Below are positions 17,248-26,037 of a stretch of 64,000 nt of DNA, piece by piece. The DNA comes from Oceanospirillum sp. (GTDB taxonomy: Bacteria > Pseudomonadota > Gammaproteobacteria > Pseudomonadales > Halomonadaceae). The position numbers were made by a program, and so were the translations under genes. Location of the stretch: positions 63,442 to 127,441 of the forward strand of contig JBLWSY010000007.1 in NCBI GenBank assembly GCA_048270425.1. Reading direction: 5' to 3'. The notes under the pieces are model-generated. The model did not search any database, was not told the origin of the DNA, and saw only the letters and a list, made by a program, of their open reading frames with translations. The first letter of the stretch is position 1. Each line of letters begins with the position of its first letter.

Positions 17248-17896
17248 ATTAACCTTTAACAGTGATGATGCTGCACCCGGTTGGGATGCGATTGATAAAG
17301 TCCTGACACCGATTTATGGAGCTCAGGAGCCCAGACACTGGGGGACTTTGATTAAGCACTTTCTCGGTGGTCCTGATCCCCTGGATGGAATCAGTGCCTA
17401 TGAAAGTATGGCTGGCGGCGTTGACCACCTGCATTTTTGTACCTATGGCTTCTCGAATCTCTATTACGATGAAGAAGCTTGTGGTGGCGAGTTCAGTCGT
17501 TTTGGCTTTGAACTGACGTTCCGGCTGAAACGTCCTTTCGCTGATGATGAGAATCCAATCTGGGTATGTGGTTTGTTACAGAATCTGGCCCGGTACGTTT
17601 TTGAAACCGGTAACTGGTTTGAAGCGTTTCATTGGCTTCCTGCCAATGGTCCTATCTGTCGTGACAATCCTACAGATATTGTTGGTCTTGTTTTCGCCCG
17701 TGATCCTGAACTACCTGCACAGGATACGCCCCACGGGAAAGTTGAGTTTCTACAGATGTTTGGTGTTACCCAGAGTGAGCTGGACTCTATTATGAGTAAA
17801 GAAAAGTCCGCTGCCGATATCCTTCAACGTCATCGTGAAACGAACCCCCTTCTGATTACAGACCTGAGCCGTTCTGATGAGATCTGTCCCACCTGA
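17228..17896 (+). CDS. Suppressor-of-fused (SUFU)-like domain protein (immunity-protein family)
   Basis: APGWDAIDKVL..IYG.QEPRHWGT....GGPDPLDGISAY....HLHFCTYGFS.LY...FGFELTFRLK...PIWVCGLLQNLARYVF is typical of bacterial SUFU-like proteins. The GTG start has an AAGGAAG SD. Confidence 0.75.
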   Translation: MDLETYKLTFNSDDAAPGWDAIDKVLTPIYGAQEPRHWGTLIKHFLGGPDPLDGISAYESMAGGVDHLHFCTYGFSNLYYDEEACGGEFSRFGFELTFRLKRPFADDENPIWVCGLLQNLARYVFETGNWFEAFHWLPANGPICRDNPTDIVGLVFARDPELPAQDTPHGKVEFLQMFGVTQSELDSIMSKEKSAADILQRHRETNPLLITDLSRSDEICPT

Positions 17897-17929
17897 GTAA
17901 TGCATAGACCTTAATCTGGCTTGCCGTGA

Positions 17930-17961
17930 AAAGTCACTGAAAGATCAGTGACTTTCTTTTT
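17930..17961 (+). terminator. Rho-independent terminator
   Basis: The sequence is AAAGTCACTGA-aaga-TCAGTGACTTTCTTTTT. Confidence 0.85.
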
Positions 17962-18286
17962 GGGCCACAAAATACCATCTGCATCATTTTGTCCCTGCTT
18001 TTGTAACCTTATGTTGTGCAGGGTTTTTCCTGTCTGATTCCTTAAGTCTTTTTGTTGTTCTGTCGGTGTTTTAGGGATTCCTTTGTTTTGCAGTTGAGCA
18101 TCATTCTTGAATAGCTTCTGAATGGCTTAAAAAAATATTCCCGAGAATACGCCCGTTATTGACCTTTGTTCAGAGCCCCACCTGACCGGGCAGTAACCAG
18201 CCTCTAAAAGGTGCTTTGATGACTTCAAGATTCCCCTATCCGGATCTTTTCAGTTCCCGGAACGACAGAAAAGGAATTTCACAATC

Positions 18287-20329
18287 ATGCTGAACTACTT
18301 TCAGAACAAATCTCTCGCAGCCCAGCTATCTTTAGTGATTGCTGTGTTGATGATTCTGGCGAACACCTTGATGACCGGCATTCTCACAGAGCAATCCCGT
18401 GAGAATCTTGAGGCGGAAGCGGAAGACGCGCTGACGCAACAGAGTGAACTCGTCTCAGACATGCTGGCGTTTTACTATCAGGACAGTTTTCTGAATGCCC
18501 AGCGTTTATCCGATATCTTCTTCAATATGTTTCCCCAGGGCGTAAGCCTGTCAGAGCGGGAAGTGCAGGTTGCAAACTATCGTACCCTGGCTTTGAAAGA
18601 TGAATCCGGCGTCATCAATGGTGATTTTACGAAACCGGATCAATTCACCCGTATGACAGGTGGAACTGCGACCGTTTTTGCCCGCCATGGTGAAGACTTT
18701 CTGCGTATCAGTACCTCACTGAAAAAACAGAGTGGCGAACGGGCATTCGGCACGCTGCTGGGCACGGGGCATCCCGGTTACAAAGATCTTATGGCGGGTA
18801 AAACCTACCATGGTGTTGCGCATCTTTTTGGCCGGGATTATATGACCATCTACCGCCCGGTGCAGGAGGCGGGAAAGACGGTTGCTGTGCTTTATATCGG
18901 TTTTGATCTGACTAAAGGTTTGGCTGAACTGAAAAAGACACTGGCAAAAGTACGTGTCGGTGAAACCGGTTACGCCACTGTCATTGCAGGCTCAGGTAGT
19001 AAAGTGCCGGGTAAGGTGTTGATGCACCCTGAGCTTGAAGGCAGCAATATTCTGGATATTAAAGCAGCAGACGGTAGCTCTCCTTTTACTGCGGTAATGC
19101 AGAATGACAAAGGGGTGCTGCGCTACGATTATCAGGATGGCGATGAGCCCCTGCATGAGAAACTTGCGGCTTACAGCGCTGTTGATGGCTGGGGCTGGGT
19201 CGTGATGCTCGGCAGTTACAGTAATGAATTTGCAGCGACCAGTATGCTGCTGCGTAACACCATGGTGTTGTTAATGCTGGTTTCGACACTGGTTATTATT
19301 CTGATCAGCGGCATTATGCTTTATCGTCGTTTGTCCCCTTTGCGTCGTGTCACGCAGGATTTGGTGACGATTGGCCAGGGTGATCTGAATGTTCAGCCTG
19401 CCTTTATTGCTATTGATGCTGACTGCAATAATGAAACCCGGCTGCTGCGTAAAGCGACCCATGATATGCATGCAGGGCTGAAAGATCTTGTTGTGCAGCT
19501 TAGCCAGGCATCTGATGCGCTTAAGGCCAGCGTCAGCCAGGTGCAGGGGGCCAGTGCCAATACCGAGAATGCCGTTGACCAGCAATCCCTTGAGATCCAG
19601 CAAGTTGTTTCTGCGATGGAAGAGATGGCGGCCACGACTGCTGATGTGGCGGAAAATGCCAGGGATGCCGCAGATGCAACGTCTCAGGGGCAGGATAAAG
19701 CCTCAAAAGGCCATGAAGCCTCCACGCTGATTAACACCAGTATTGAAACGCTGGTAGTTGAGATGGAGCGGGCCTCAACCCTGATTCAGGAGGTTTCTCA
19801 GGAAAGTAATAACATCAGCGACTTTATGACGACTATCAGTGAAGTGGCAGAACAGACAAACCTGCTGGCACTGAACGCGGCTATAGAAGCAGCCCGCGCC
19901 GGAGAATCCGGTCGTGGCTTTGCCGTGGTAGCAGATGAAGTGCGTACTTTGGCGGCTCGAACGCAGGGCGCAACTTCAGAAATTTCTCAGCTGGTTGAGC
20001 AACTGCAGAGTAAGATTGATGATGCGGTTCAGGCGATCGGTAGTGGTAATGAGATCTCTCTTGAAAGTCGTCAGCGAACCGGAGAAGCCCGAGGTGCACT
20101 GGAAGAGATAAGTCGCTATATGACTCATATCGCGGATATGGGGAACAGTATCGCGGCGGCAGCCGAGCAACAGGCCGCCGTGGCTGAAACAGTAACCCAA
20201 AGCCTGCACAGCATTCACCAGCTTTCCGGGCATACCCGAAGTCAGAGTGATGCCTGCGTTGCTGCCAGTGAAGACCTGCAGCAGGTGGCTGGTGATATCG
20301 GTCAGAAACTGGCTCGTTTTAGGGTCTGA
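18287..20329 (+). CDS. Methyl-accepting chemotaxis protein with a periplasmic Cache-type sensor
   Basis: The layout is TM, a roughly 300-aa Cache_3-Cache_2-like region, TM, HAMP, and an MCP signalling domain ([32 protein letters not shown]). Confidence 0.9.
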   Translation: MLNYFQNKSLAAQLSLVIAVLMILANTLMTGILTEQSRENLEAEAEDALTQQSELVSDMLAFYYQDSFLNAQRLSDIFFNMFPQGVSLSEREVQVANYRTLALKDESGVINGDFTKPDQFTRMTGGTATVFARHGEDFLRISTSLKKQSGERAFGTLLGTGHPGYKDLMAGKTYHGVAHLFGRDYMTIYRPVQEAGKTVAVLYIGFDLTKGLAELKKTLAKVRVGETGYATVIAGSGSKVPGKVLMHPELEGSNILDIKAADGSSPFTAVMQNDKGVLRYDYQDGDEPLHEKLAAYSAVDGWGWVVMLGSYSNEFAATSMLLRNTMVLLMLVSTLVIILISGIMLYRRLSPLRRVTQDLVTIGQGDLNVQPAFIAIDADCNNETRLLRKATHDMHAGLKDLVVQLSQASDALKASVSQVQGASANTENAVDQQSLEIQQVVSAMEEMAATTADVAENARDAADATSQGQDKASKGHEASTLINTSIETLVVEMERASTLIQEVSQESNNISDFMTTISEVAEQTNLLALNAAIEAARAGESGRGFAVVADEVRTLAARTQGATSEISQLVEQLQSKIDDAVQAIGSGNEISLESRQRTGEARGALEEISRYMTHIADMGNSIAAAAEQQAAVAETVTQSLHSIHQLSGHTRSQSDACVAASEDLQQVAGDIGQKLARFRV

Positions 20330-20459
20330 AAGGCTATCGTAATCTGATCATTTAACAATCAGCCCTTCTACTGTCCCGGTATTATGATCTTCATCTATGC
20401 CGGGGCTGTATTATTCCGCTCTGCTGATGCCTTGATCTCTCCGGTATGGGTTGCTGATC

Positions 20460-21344
20460 TTAGCTAACATTAAGCTTAAAGCATTCATTCAGCAGCCATT
20501 GACCACCTTTGCCCAGAGGTTTGTGTCGGCTCCAGACCACGTCGACCCCCTGCAGAGAGGCATCCTGCTGATAGGTTCGCTTCAGAGCAACCAGAGAGCC
20601 CTGTTCCAGCTGTTCTTTCACAATGGCCTCATGGAGAGACGCCCAGCCTAATCCTGCGGTTAGCACTTCGGCAATCACAAAGGGACTTTCGGCATACCAG
20701 ACCTTTGGGCTGAGAATCTGCGCTTCATGACTTTTATCTTCAAGATCCAGACTGCGGGGTACCAGCTGGCGATAGCGCCTTAAATCACTATGGCTGACCT
20801 GTTCGAGGTTTGCCAGCGGATGGTTTTTACTGCAGACCGGAATTTTTCGGGAGTGGCCTATTCCTCGGAACATAAAGCCTTTTGGGTAATGTTCCTGTTC
20901 CATCATCAGGCCCAGATCAGCGCGGCCGCTTCTTAACAGACTGGCGACATCGCTGGTGCCGGGGTCGAGCAGTTCCAGCTCGATATGGGGGAATTTTTCT
21001 TCAAAGATTACCAGTAACTCCACCAGGGGTTGAGCGGAAACGTTCTGTTCAATCGCCAGGCACAGATGGCTTTCTTCTCCGGCATTCAGCGCCATAGCAT
21101 GACTCATAAAATCGTGATGGCTTTCCATAATGGCATATGCGGAACGCAGCAGAGTTTCGCCCTCTTCAGTCAGTACCGGGTTGCGCTTGCTGCGGTCGAA
21201 GAGTTCAACACCCGTTTCGATCTCCAGATTGATAATGGCGTTGCTGACGGCGGACTGAGCTTTTTTTAGACGGCGGGAGGCAGCAGAAAAAGAGCCGGTT
21301 TCGGCGGCAGCAATAAAAGCATTGAGTTGGTCGGGATGCGGCAT
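20460..21344 (-). CDS. LysR-family transcriptional regulator (AceR-like context)
   Basis: It has the HTH FIAAAETGSFSAASRRLKKAQSAVSNAIINLE. It is divergent from the PACE transporter gene. Confidence 0.9.
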   Translation of the reverse strand: MPHPDQLNAFIAAAETGSFSAASRRLKKAQSAVSNAIINLEIETGVELFDRSKRNPVLTEEGETLLRSAYAIMESHHDFMSHAMALNAGEESHLCLAIEQNVSAQPLVELLVIFEEKFPHIELELLDPGTSDVASLLRSGRADLGLMMEQEHYPKGFMFRGIGHSRKIPVCSKNHPLANLEQVSHSDLRRYRQLVPRSLDLEDKSHEAQILSPKVWYAESPFVIAEVLTAGLGWASLHEAIVKEQLEQGSLVALKRTYQQDASLQGVDVVWSRHKPLGKGGQWLLNECFKLNVS

Positions 21345-21374
21345 AAGAATTCGCCTTTCAGACTGTTGAATGAC

Positions 21375-21393
21375 CTATCTTTAAATCAGATAG
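21375..21393. promoter_or_regulatory. Candidate LysR-type binding site
   Basis: The dyad CTATCT-N7-AGATAG lies in the divergent intergenic region, 31-49 nt upstream of the lysR ATG. Confidence 0.35.
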
Positions 21394-21574
21394 ATACTAA
21401 CTTTGTTTTATCATAATAATCCATAGAATGCCCGTCCATCGGAAGCATCTTCTTCAGGGCTATAAAGCGTTAGCCGGGATGTTTTCGGAACAGTTAAATA
21501 AAGTAGCGGTAAATCGCTGATGAGATTTTTGAGCGGTCTTTGGATGACAGGGACCGATCGTGGGGGGTAAGTTG

Positions 21575-22048
21575 ATGGCTGATAAAAAAATTGTAATTCG
21601 CTCAGGGCTTGACCGGATTCGTTATGTGCTGGCTTTTGAAGCCGTACTTCTGTTGTTTCTGGCACCGGCGATCGCCTTCGTATTTGATAAAGAGACGGCA
21701 GACACAGCTGCATTGACGCTGATTCTTGCGGCTAAGGCGATGATCATCAACATGATCTACAACTACTACTTCGACAAATTTGATGCTAAGCGTGGTGTAG
21801 TACCCACCGAGCGTACCGGTCGTCAACGGGTTATGCATGCCATTGGTCTGGAAGTTGCTCTGACGGCAACCTCTCTGCCAATCGTTACCTGGTGGCTGGA
21901 TATTGCGATCTGGCAGGCACTTGCGATGGATGCCTTGGTAATGGCCTTTATTGTGGTTTACACCATGGGCTTCACCTGGGTTTATGACCGTATTTTCCCG
22001 GTAGCACAACCAAAGGAAGACGTTTTTGTTAACGGAGAGACGGCTTAA
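21575..22048 (+). CDS. PACE-family (AceI-like) efflux transporter, two BTP repeats
   Basis: It has a duplicated R..HA..FE-type motif (RIRYVLAFE and RVMHAIGLE), a 4-TM layout and NMIYNYYFDKF, closely paralleling Acinetobacter AceI. Confidence 0.8.
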   Translation: MADKKIVIRSGLDRIRYVLAFEAVLLLFLAPAIAFVFDKETADTAALTLILAAKAMIINMIYNYYFDKFDAKRGVVPTERTGRQRVMHAIGLEVALTATSLPIVTWWLDIAIWQALAMDALVMAFIVVYTMGFTWVYDRIFPVAQPKEDVFVNGETA

Positions 22049-22110
22049 TCAGGCTCTTTTTATTACTGTTCTTTTACGATTTTGTTACTGCTTTCTCAAG
22101 TGTAACAGTT

Positions 22111-22145
22111 GCCCCGGATAACTTGATTATCCGGGGCTTTTTTTT
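22111..22145 (+). terminator. Rho-independent terminator
   Basis: The sequence is GCCCCGGATAA-cttga-TTATCCGGGGCTTTTTTTT. Confidence 0.9.
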
Positions 22146-22322
22146 GATCTGAATCAGTACGCGAAGCCACAGTAGGCGTAGTCTGAAGGTAAAGCAGAGA
22201 TCCTAAATAACCAGATAACTCAAGAGGTTAAGGAATAAAAATCACACGAGGTGTTGAATTTTGTTTTTTAATCTCAAGGTATATGGAAAGGGTATCTGAA
22301 TTAATAACCAAGGAGAGCGATT

Positions 22323-22562
22323 ATGCCAATTGAACATCATGACCTGCTGAACGAGTTGCCGGAATACAAAGAACAGATCCATGAGCTGAAAGTGAGTAAC
22401 GCACACTTCCGTAAACTCTTTGACGAGTACCATGATCTGACTAAAGATGTGGAAAAAATGGAGTCTGAGCAGAAGCCGGTTACCACTGAAGTAGAAGAAA
22501 CAGCTAAACTGCGTCGCCTGAAACTGAAAGATGAAATGTTTGCTATGCTGAAACAGGCTTAA
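22323..22562 (+). CDS. YdcH/DUF465 family protein (79 aa)
   Basis: LFDEYHDL...E is a coiled-coil small-protein pattern. An AAGGAG SD is present. Confidence 0.7.
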   Translation: MPIEHHDLLNELPEYKEQIHELKVSNAHFRKLFDEYHDLTKDVEKMESEQKPVTTEVEETAKLRRLKLKDEMFAMLKQA

Positions 22563-22749
22563 TCAATTCTTTGAGTTAGCCTTTAAGTGAATCTTCCGAT
22601 CCGTGTGATGGTTCACTCATTCAGAATAGATCGAGGGTCGCAGCTTCATTGTTACGAAGCCTGCGGCCTTTTTGTTTTCAGCATCGGCTTGGATTGATTG
22701 TTTTCTTTAAAGTCTGAGTCTAAGCCCGGTCAACAAGGTGGTTGTGTTT

Positions 22750-23064
22750 ATGGATATTCAAGCGATTAAAGACAAACTCAGCGCAGAGCTGGAGAGCTTA
22801 ACGTCACGTCTTAATCATATCGAGCGGGATGTCTCTCAGTCCCATTCCAGTGATTCTGCTGAGCAGGCGCAGGAACGGGAGAATGATGAAGTATTGGATG
22901 AGATTGGCAATGAGACTCTGCACAGCATTGAGCAGATTAAATCAGCGCTGAAACGGATCGATGAAGGAGAATACGGTATTTGTGAAAAGTGTGGCGATGA
23001 GATTGCCCCTGAACGCCTGCTGATCCTTCCGGAAAGTACGTTTTGTGTGAAGTGTGCTGAATGA
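22750..23064 (+). CDS. DksA/TraR-family C4 zinc-finger protein
   Basis: It has a coiled-coil N-terminus and the motif CEKCGDEI..x17..CVKC. Confidence 0.8.
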   Translation: MDIQAIKDKLSAELESLTSRLNHIERDVSQSHSSDSAEQAQERENDEVLDEIGNETLHSIEQIKSALKRIDEGEYGICEKCGDEIAPERLLILPESTFCVKCAE

Positions 23065-23127
23065 TTTTTAGCGGCTATCGGATGCTGTGAGACCACAGCA
23101 TCTGGTCTATTGCTTCATTTCCGGTCT

Positions 23128-24570
23128 TTATAACGGATTGTAATACCAGAGAGATGCGCTGGTGATCAGCCACATAATCACACCGTAATGAAGGTTGTTT
23201 TTCAGTGCTTGTTTGGCGCTGATAAAATAGCGTCCCCGCAGTGACAGATTCATCCCGGACATAGGGCTGCAAGCCGTTCCTATCCCCCAGCTGGCAAGAA
23301 AGACCATCGCTAAAAGATCGATTGGCGGTTCGGTCGGCACCATAAGACCACTGATTGTTGCAATGCTGATGACAGGATGAACCCCCAGAAGCGACAGTAT
23401 CAGCATGGCCAACAGCAGCAAAGACGTTACCAGAGGAGTCAGTTGCGGAATCGGCAGTTGATCCGCATACAGCGTAAACAGCGTTCCCAAGCCCGCCGCC
23501 ATTGTGCCCGCCGCCAGAAAAAGCGCCAGTTCATTGCCCATGCGGGCAAGGCGATTATTCGTATGATTTCTCAGCTTTTTCACCACCGCCTTACGTTTAA
23601 ACATCAGCACGCCAATGGCGGTCAGCGGCGACAGAATGCTAATAATTTGCAGCACCGAAAGCGACGGTAGCAGATAATGAGCGCCGATCACCGCTAGAGC
23701 CAGAAATGCCGGTAAGGCAAGACTGCCGATCTGCATCGGGTAACCGGTAAAGGACTCCGCCTTGGGACGCAACTCAAAGTAGGTGATAAGCACACCGGTA
23801 ATTGCCAGTGGGATACCCGCCTGCATCAGGGTTAACAGGTTAGCACCCGGCGCATAGGTCAGTGCCACAGCGACCGCTGCAAAAAAAGGCGACCAGAAAG
23901 CTCCTGCACAAAATGCCCGGGACAAAACCTGATGCTGGGTATTCTTCAGCGTGTTGCCGTCATGGCTTGCAGAGGCAAAGCGATCCGCCATGATAAAAAC
24001 AATCGACATATTGATCACAGCACCAAACAGATGAACCCCTGCAAGGGTCTGTTTAAGGGCAGAGCGGCCTTCCGGTAGCGCCTCTGGCTCTTCATCGGGT
24101 TCTTTTGCAGCAACCATGGAGAGAAAACTCACCGCCATCAGCATCGCCAGCAGATTACCGTTGGAGCTGATCGCCGCTTGCCAGGGCAGATCAGCACCCT
24201 GTATTACACTCCAACCCATACTGCCAATACCCACCAGCATCAGAAGACCTGCCTGACGACGGGTCGCTATCGCCAGCTGGCTCCAGCTGAGCGCCAAAGC
24301 ACTCCAGAGCAGAAGCCCCGGCCAGATCAGAGATAAATGAGTAATGGGGTTAGTGGCGGTCAGCAGCAGCGCCAATGCCATACAGCTGCCGATCAGCTGA
24401 TAGCGCACAGAAGGCTTATCCTCCGGATTAACCGGCGGCTGTGGCTGCGACAGTTCAGGTTCGTGAGGCTGCCCGGATTGGGAAGAAAGCGAGGTTTGAA
24501 TGCTGCTATTGGTAGTCTGAGACACAGAGGCCTGCCAGCTGGAAATTGGGTTGGTGTTAGAACTGACCAT
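23128..24570 (-). CDS. Polytopic membrane protein, putative transporter (480 aa), with an S/Q/P-rich N-terminal tail
   Basis: It has at least 10 predicted TM segments. The first roughly 55 aa are low-complexity. The family is not recognised. Confidence 0.6.
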   Translation of the reverse strand: MVSSNTNPISSWQASVSQTTNSSIQTSLSSQSGQPHEPELSQPQPPVNPEDKPSVRYQLIGSCMALALLLTATNPITHLSLIWPGLLLWSALALSWSQLAIATRRQAGLLMLVGIGSMGWSVIQGADLPWQAAISSNGNLLAMLMAVSFLSMVAAKEPDEEPEALPEGRSALKQTLAGVHLFGAVINMSIVFIMADRFASASHDGNTLKNTQHQVLSRAFCAGAFWSPFFAAVAVALTYAPGANLLTLMQAGIPLAITGVLITYFELRPKAESFTGYPMQIGSLALPAFLALAVIGAHYLLPSLSVLQIISILSPLTAIGVLMFKRKAVVKKLRNHTNNRLARMGNELALFLAAGTMAAGLGTLFTLYADQLPIPQLTPLVTSLLLLAMLILSLLGVHPVISIATISGLMVPTEPPIDLLAMVFLASWGIGTACSPMSGMNLSLRGRYFISAKQALKNNLHYGVIMWLITSASLWYYNPL

Positions 24571-24757
24571 TAGATAGGCGCATCATACGCTGATGGCAGG
24601 TTTTTTTCGAGCGGTGGCCCAGTGGCAAATTGAGAAATAATCAATCAGCCTCAGGCCTGTCGGACTTGAGCTGTGGGGATTTCCTGTTATGCTCTGCGCC
24701 CTTGTAAAACACTGTCCTTAAGCCAGTGATCACTCTACCGAACGTTGAGGTTATTCC

Positions 24758-25858
24758 GTGGCCCTACCTGTTGTTGAACCTGAAAACTATACCGCTCTGC
24801 TTGAAGAGAAAGCCAACCGGATTCGTGAGCAATTCGCAGCTTTTAATCCGCCAGAGCTGGAAGTCTTTGAGTCGCCAGCCAGCCACTACCGTATGCGTGC
24901 CGAGTTTCGTGTTTGGCACAAGGGTGATGACCTCTTCTATGTAATGTTTGATATCGGTGAAGATCCGAAAACCGACCGCAAAACCGTGCGTATGGATCAG
25001 TACCCGGTGGCGAATGAGCGCATTAATGAGCTGATGCCTGCACTCTTGGATGAGATCCGCGATGTGCCGGAACTGCGCCGTCGTCTGTTTCAGGTGGAGT
25101 TTCTGACCAGCCAATCCGGTGAATCCCTGATTACTATGATCTACCACCGCCCGTTAGGTGATGAGTGGGAAGTACTGGCCCGTGAGCTGCAGACCAAGCT
25201 GGGTGTGCGCATCATTGGCCGTAGCCGTAAACAGCGTCTGGTGCTGGACGTGGATTACGTGATCGAAACCATGCAGGTTGGTGAGCGTACGCTGGAATAC
25301 CAGCAGGTAGAGAACAGTTTCACTCAGCCAAACGCGGCGCTGTGTGAAAAGATGCTTAACTGGGCGGTGGATGTTAGCAAGGGCGTTGGCGGAGATTTAG
25401 TGGAGCTTTACTGCGGTAACGGCAACTTCACCCTGGCGCTGGCAGAAAACTTTGATCATGTGGTGGCGACCGAGATCTCGAAGACTTCTGTTCGTTCTGC
25501 GCACTTTAATATCGAGCGTAACGGTATCGAAAATGTGCAGGTGGCCCGTGTTTCCAGTGAAGAGTTCAGCGAAGCGTTAGCGGGTAAAACCGAGATGCGC
25601 CGTCTGGAAGGTTTTGATTTGGAAAACCGCAATTTCTCCACCGTACTGGTTGATCCTCCGCGTGCCGGTCTGGATGACAATACCGTGCAGCAGATCGCCC
25701 AGTACGACAACATCATCTATATCTCCTGCAACCCGGATACCCTGCACGACAATCTGGTTGAGCTGAATAAAACCCACAAAGTAGTTCGCTTTGCCATGTT
25801 TGACCAGTTCCCGTACACCCACCATATCGAAAGCGGTGTTTTTATGGTGCGTCGCTGA
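24758..25858 (+). CDS. trmA: tRNA (uracil54-C5)-methyltransferase
   Basis: It is near-collinear with E. coli TrmA (SHYRMRAEFR, VENSFTQPNAA, LYCGNGNF, ISCNPDTL, FDQFPYTHH). Confidence 0.95.
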   Translation: MALPVVEPENYTALLEEKANRIREQFAAFNPPELEVFESPASHYRMRAEFRVWHKGDDLFYVMFDIGEDPKTDRKTVRMDQYPVANERINELMPALLDEIRDVPELRRRLFQVEFLTSQSGESLITMIYHRPLGDEWEVLARELQTKLGVRIIGRSRKQRLVLDVDYVIETMQVGERTLEYQQVENSFTQPNAALCEKMLNWAVDVSKGVGGDLVELYCGNGNFTLALAENFDHVVATEISKTSVRSAHFNIERNGIENVQVARVSSEEFSEALAGKTEMRRLEGFDLENRNFSTVLVDPPRAGLDDNTVQQIAQYDNIIYISCNPDTLHDNLVELNKTHKVVRFAMFDQFPYTHHIESGVFMVRR

Positions 25859-25914
25859 TTTTCTGACGTTCCTTTAGCTTCCTCGGAGCAGGCCTGAAAG
25901 TCCTGTTCCCGAAG

Positions 25915-25968
25915 CCAAAAAAGCCCGATGAATAGCCAAGGTTAAAGGCGGTTCATCGGGCTTTGTCG
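25915..25968. terminator. Bidirectional terminator between trmA and batD
   Basis: AAGCCCGATGAA-N19-TTCATCGGGCTT has an A-run on the left and T-rich sequence on the right. Confidence 0.7.
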
Positions 25969-25972
25969 TTTT

Positions 25973-26035
25973 TGACTTTTAAGGAGCCGGCTTTAAGAGA
26001 GCTGACTTTTAAGGAGCCGGCTTTTAAGGGGCTGG
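25973..26035. repeat. Tandem direct repeat (2 x 30 nt, or 4 x about 15 nt)
   Basis: TGACTTTTAAGGAGCCGGCTTT occurs twice exactly 30 nt apart. The sub-units are CTTTTAAGGAGCCGG, CTTTAAGAGAGCTGA, CTTTTAAGGAGCCGG and CTTTTAAGGGGCTGG. Confidence 0.85.
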
Positions 26036-26037
26036 CG

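Noticed and set aside
17993-18028. A second terminator-like hairpin (CCCTGC-N19-GCAGGG-TTTTT) 30 nt after the first, as a possible small RNA.
   Set aside because: No promoter lies between the two hairpins. Tandem terminators after an operon are common.
18121-18160. A possible sigma-28 (FliA) promoter upstream of the MCP gene (AAAA-N15-GCCCGTTA).
   Set aside because: The -35 element lacks the T of TAAA, and the -10 matches only 5 of 8 positions of GCCGATAA. That is too weak to call.
25973-26035. The tandem repeat as a possible mini-CRISPR array.
   Set aside because: The units are contiguous, with no spacers. There are only 2-4 copies of 15-30 nt, and no cas genes are in the window.
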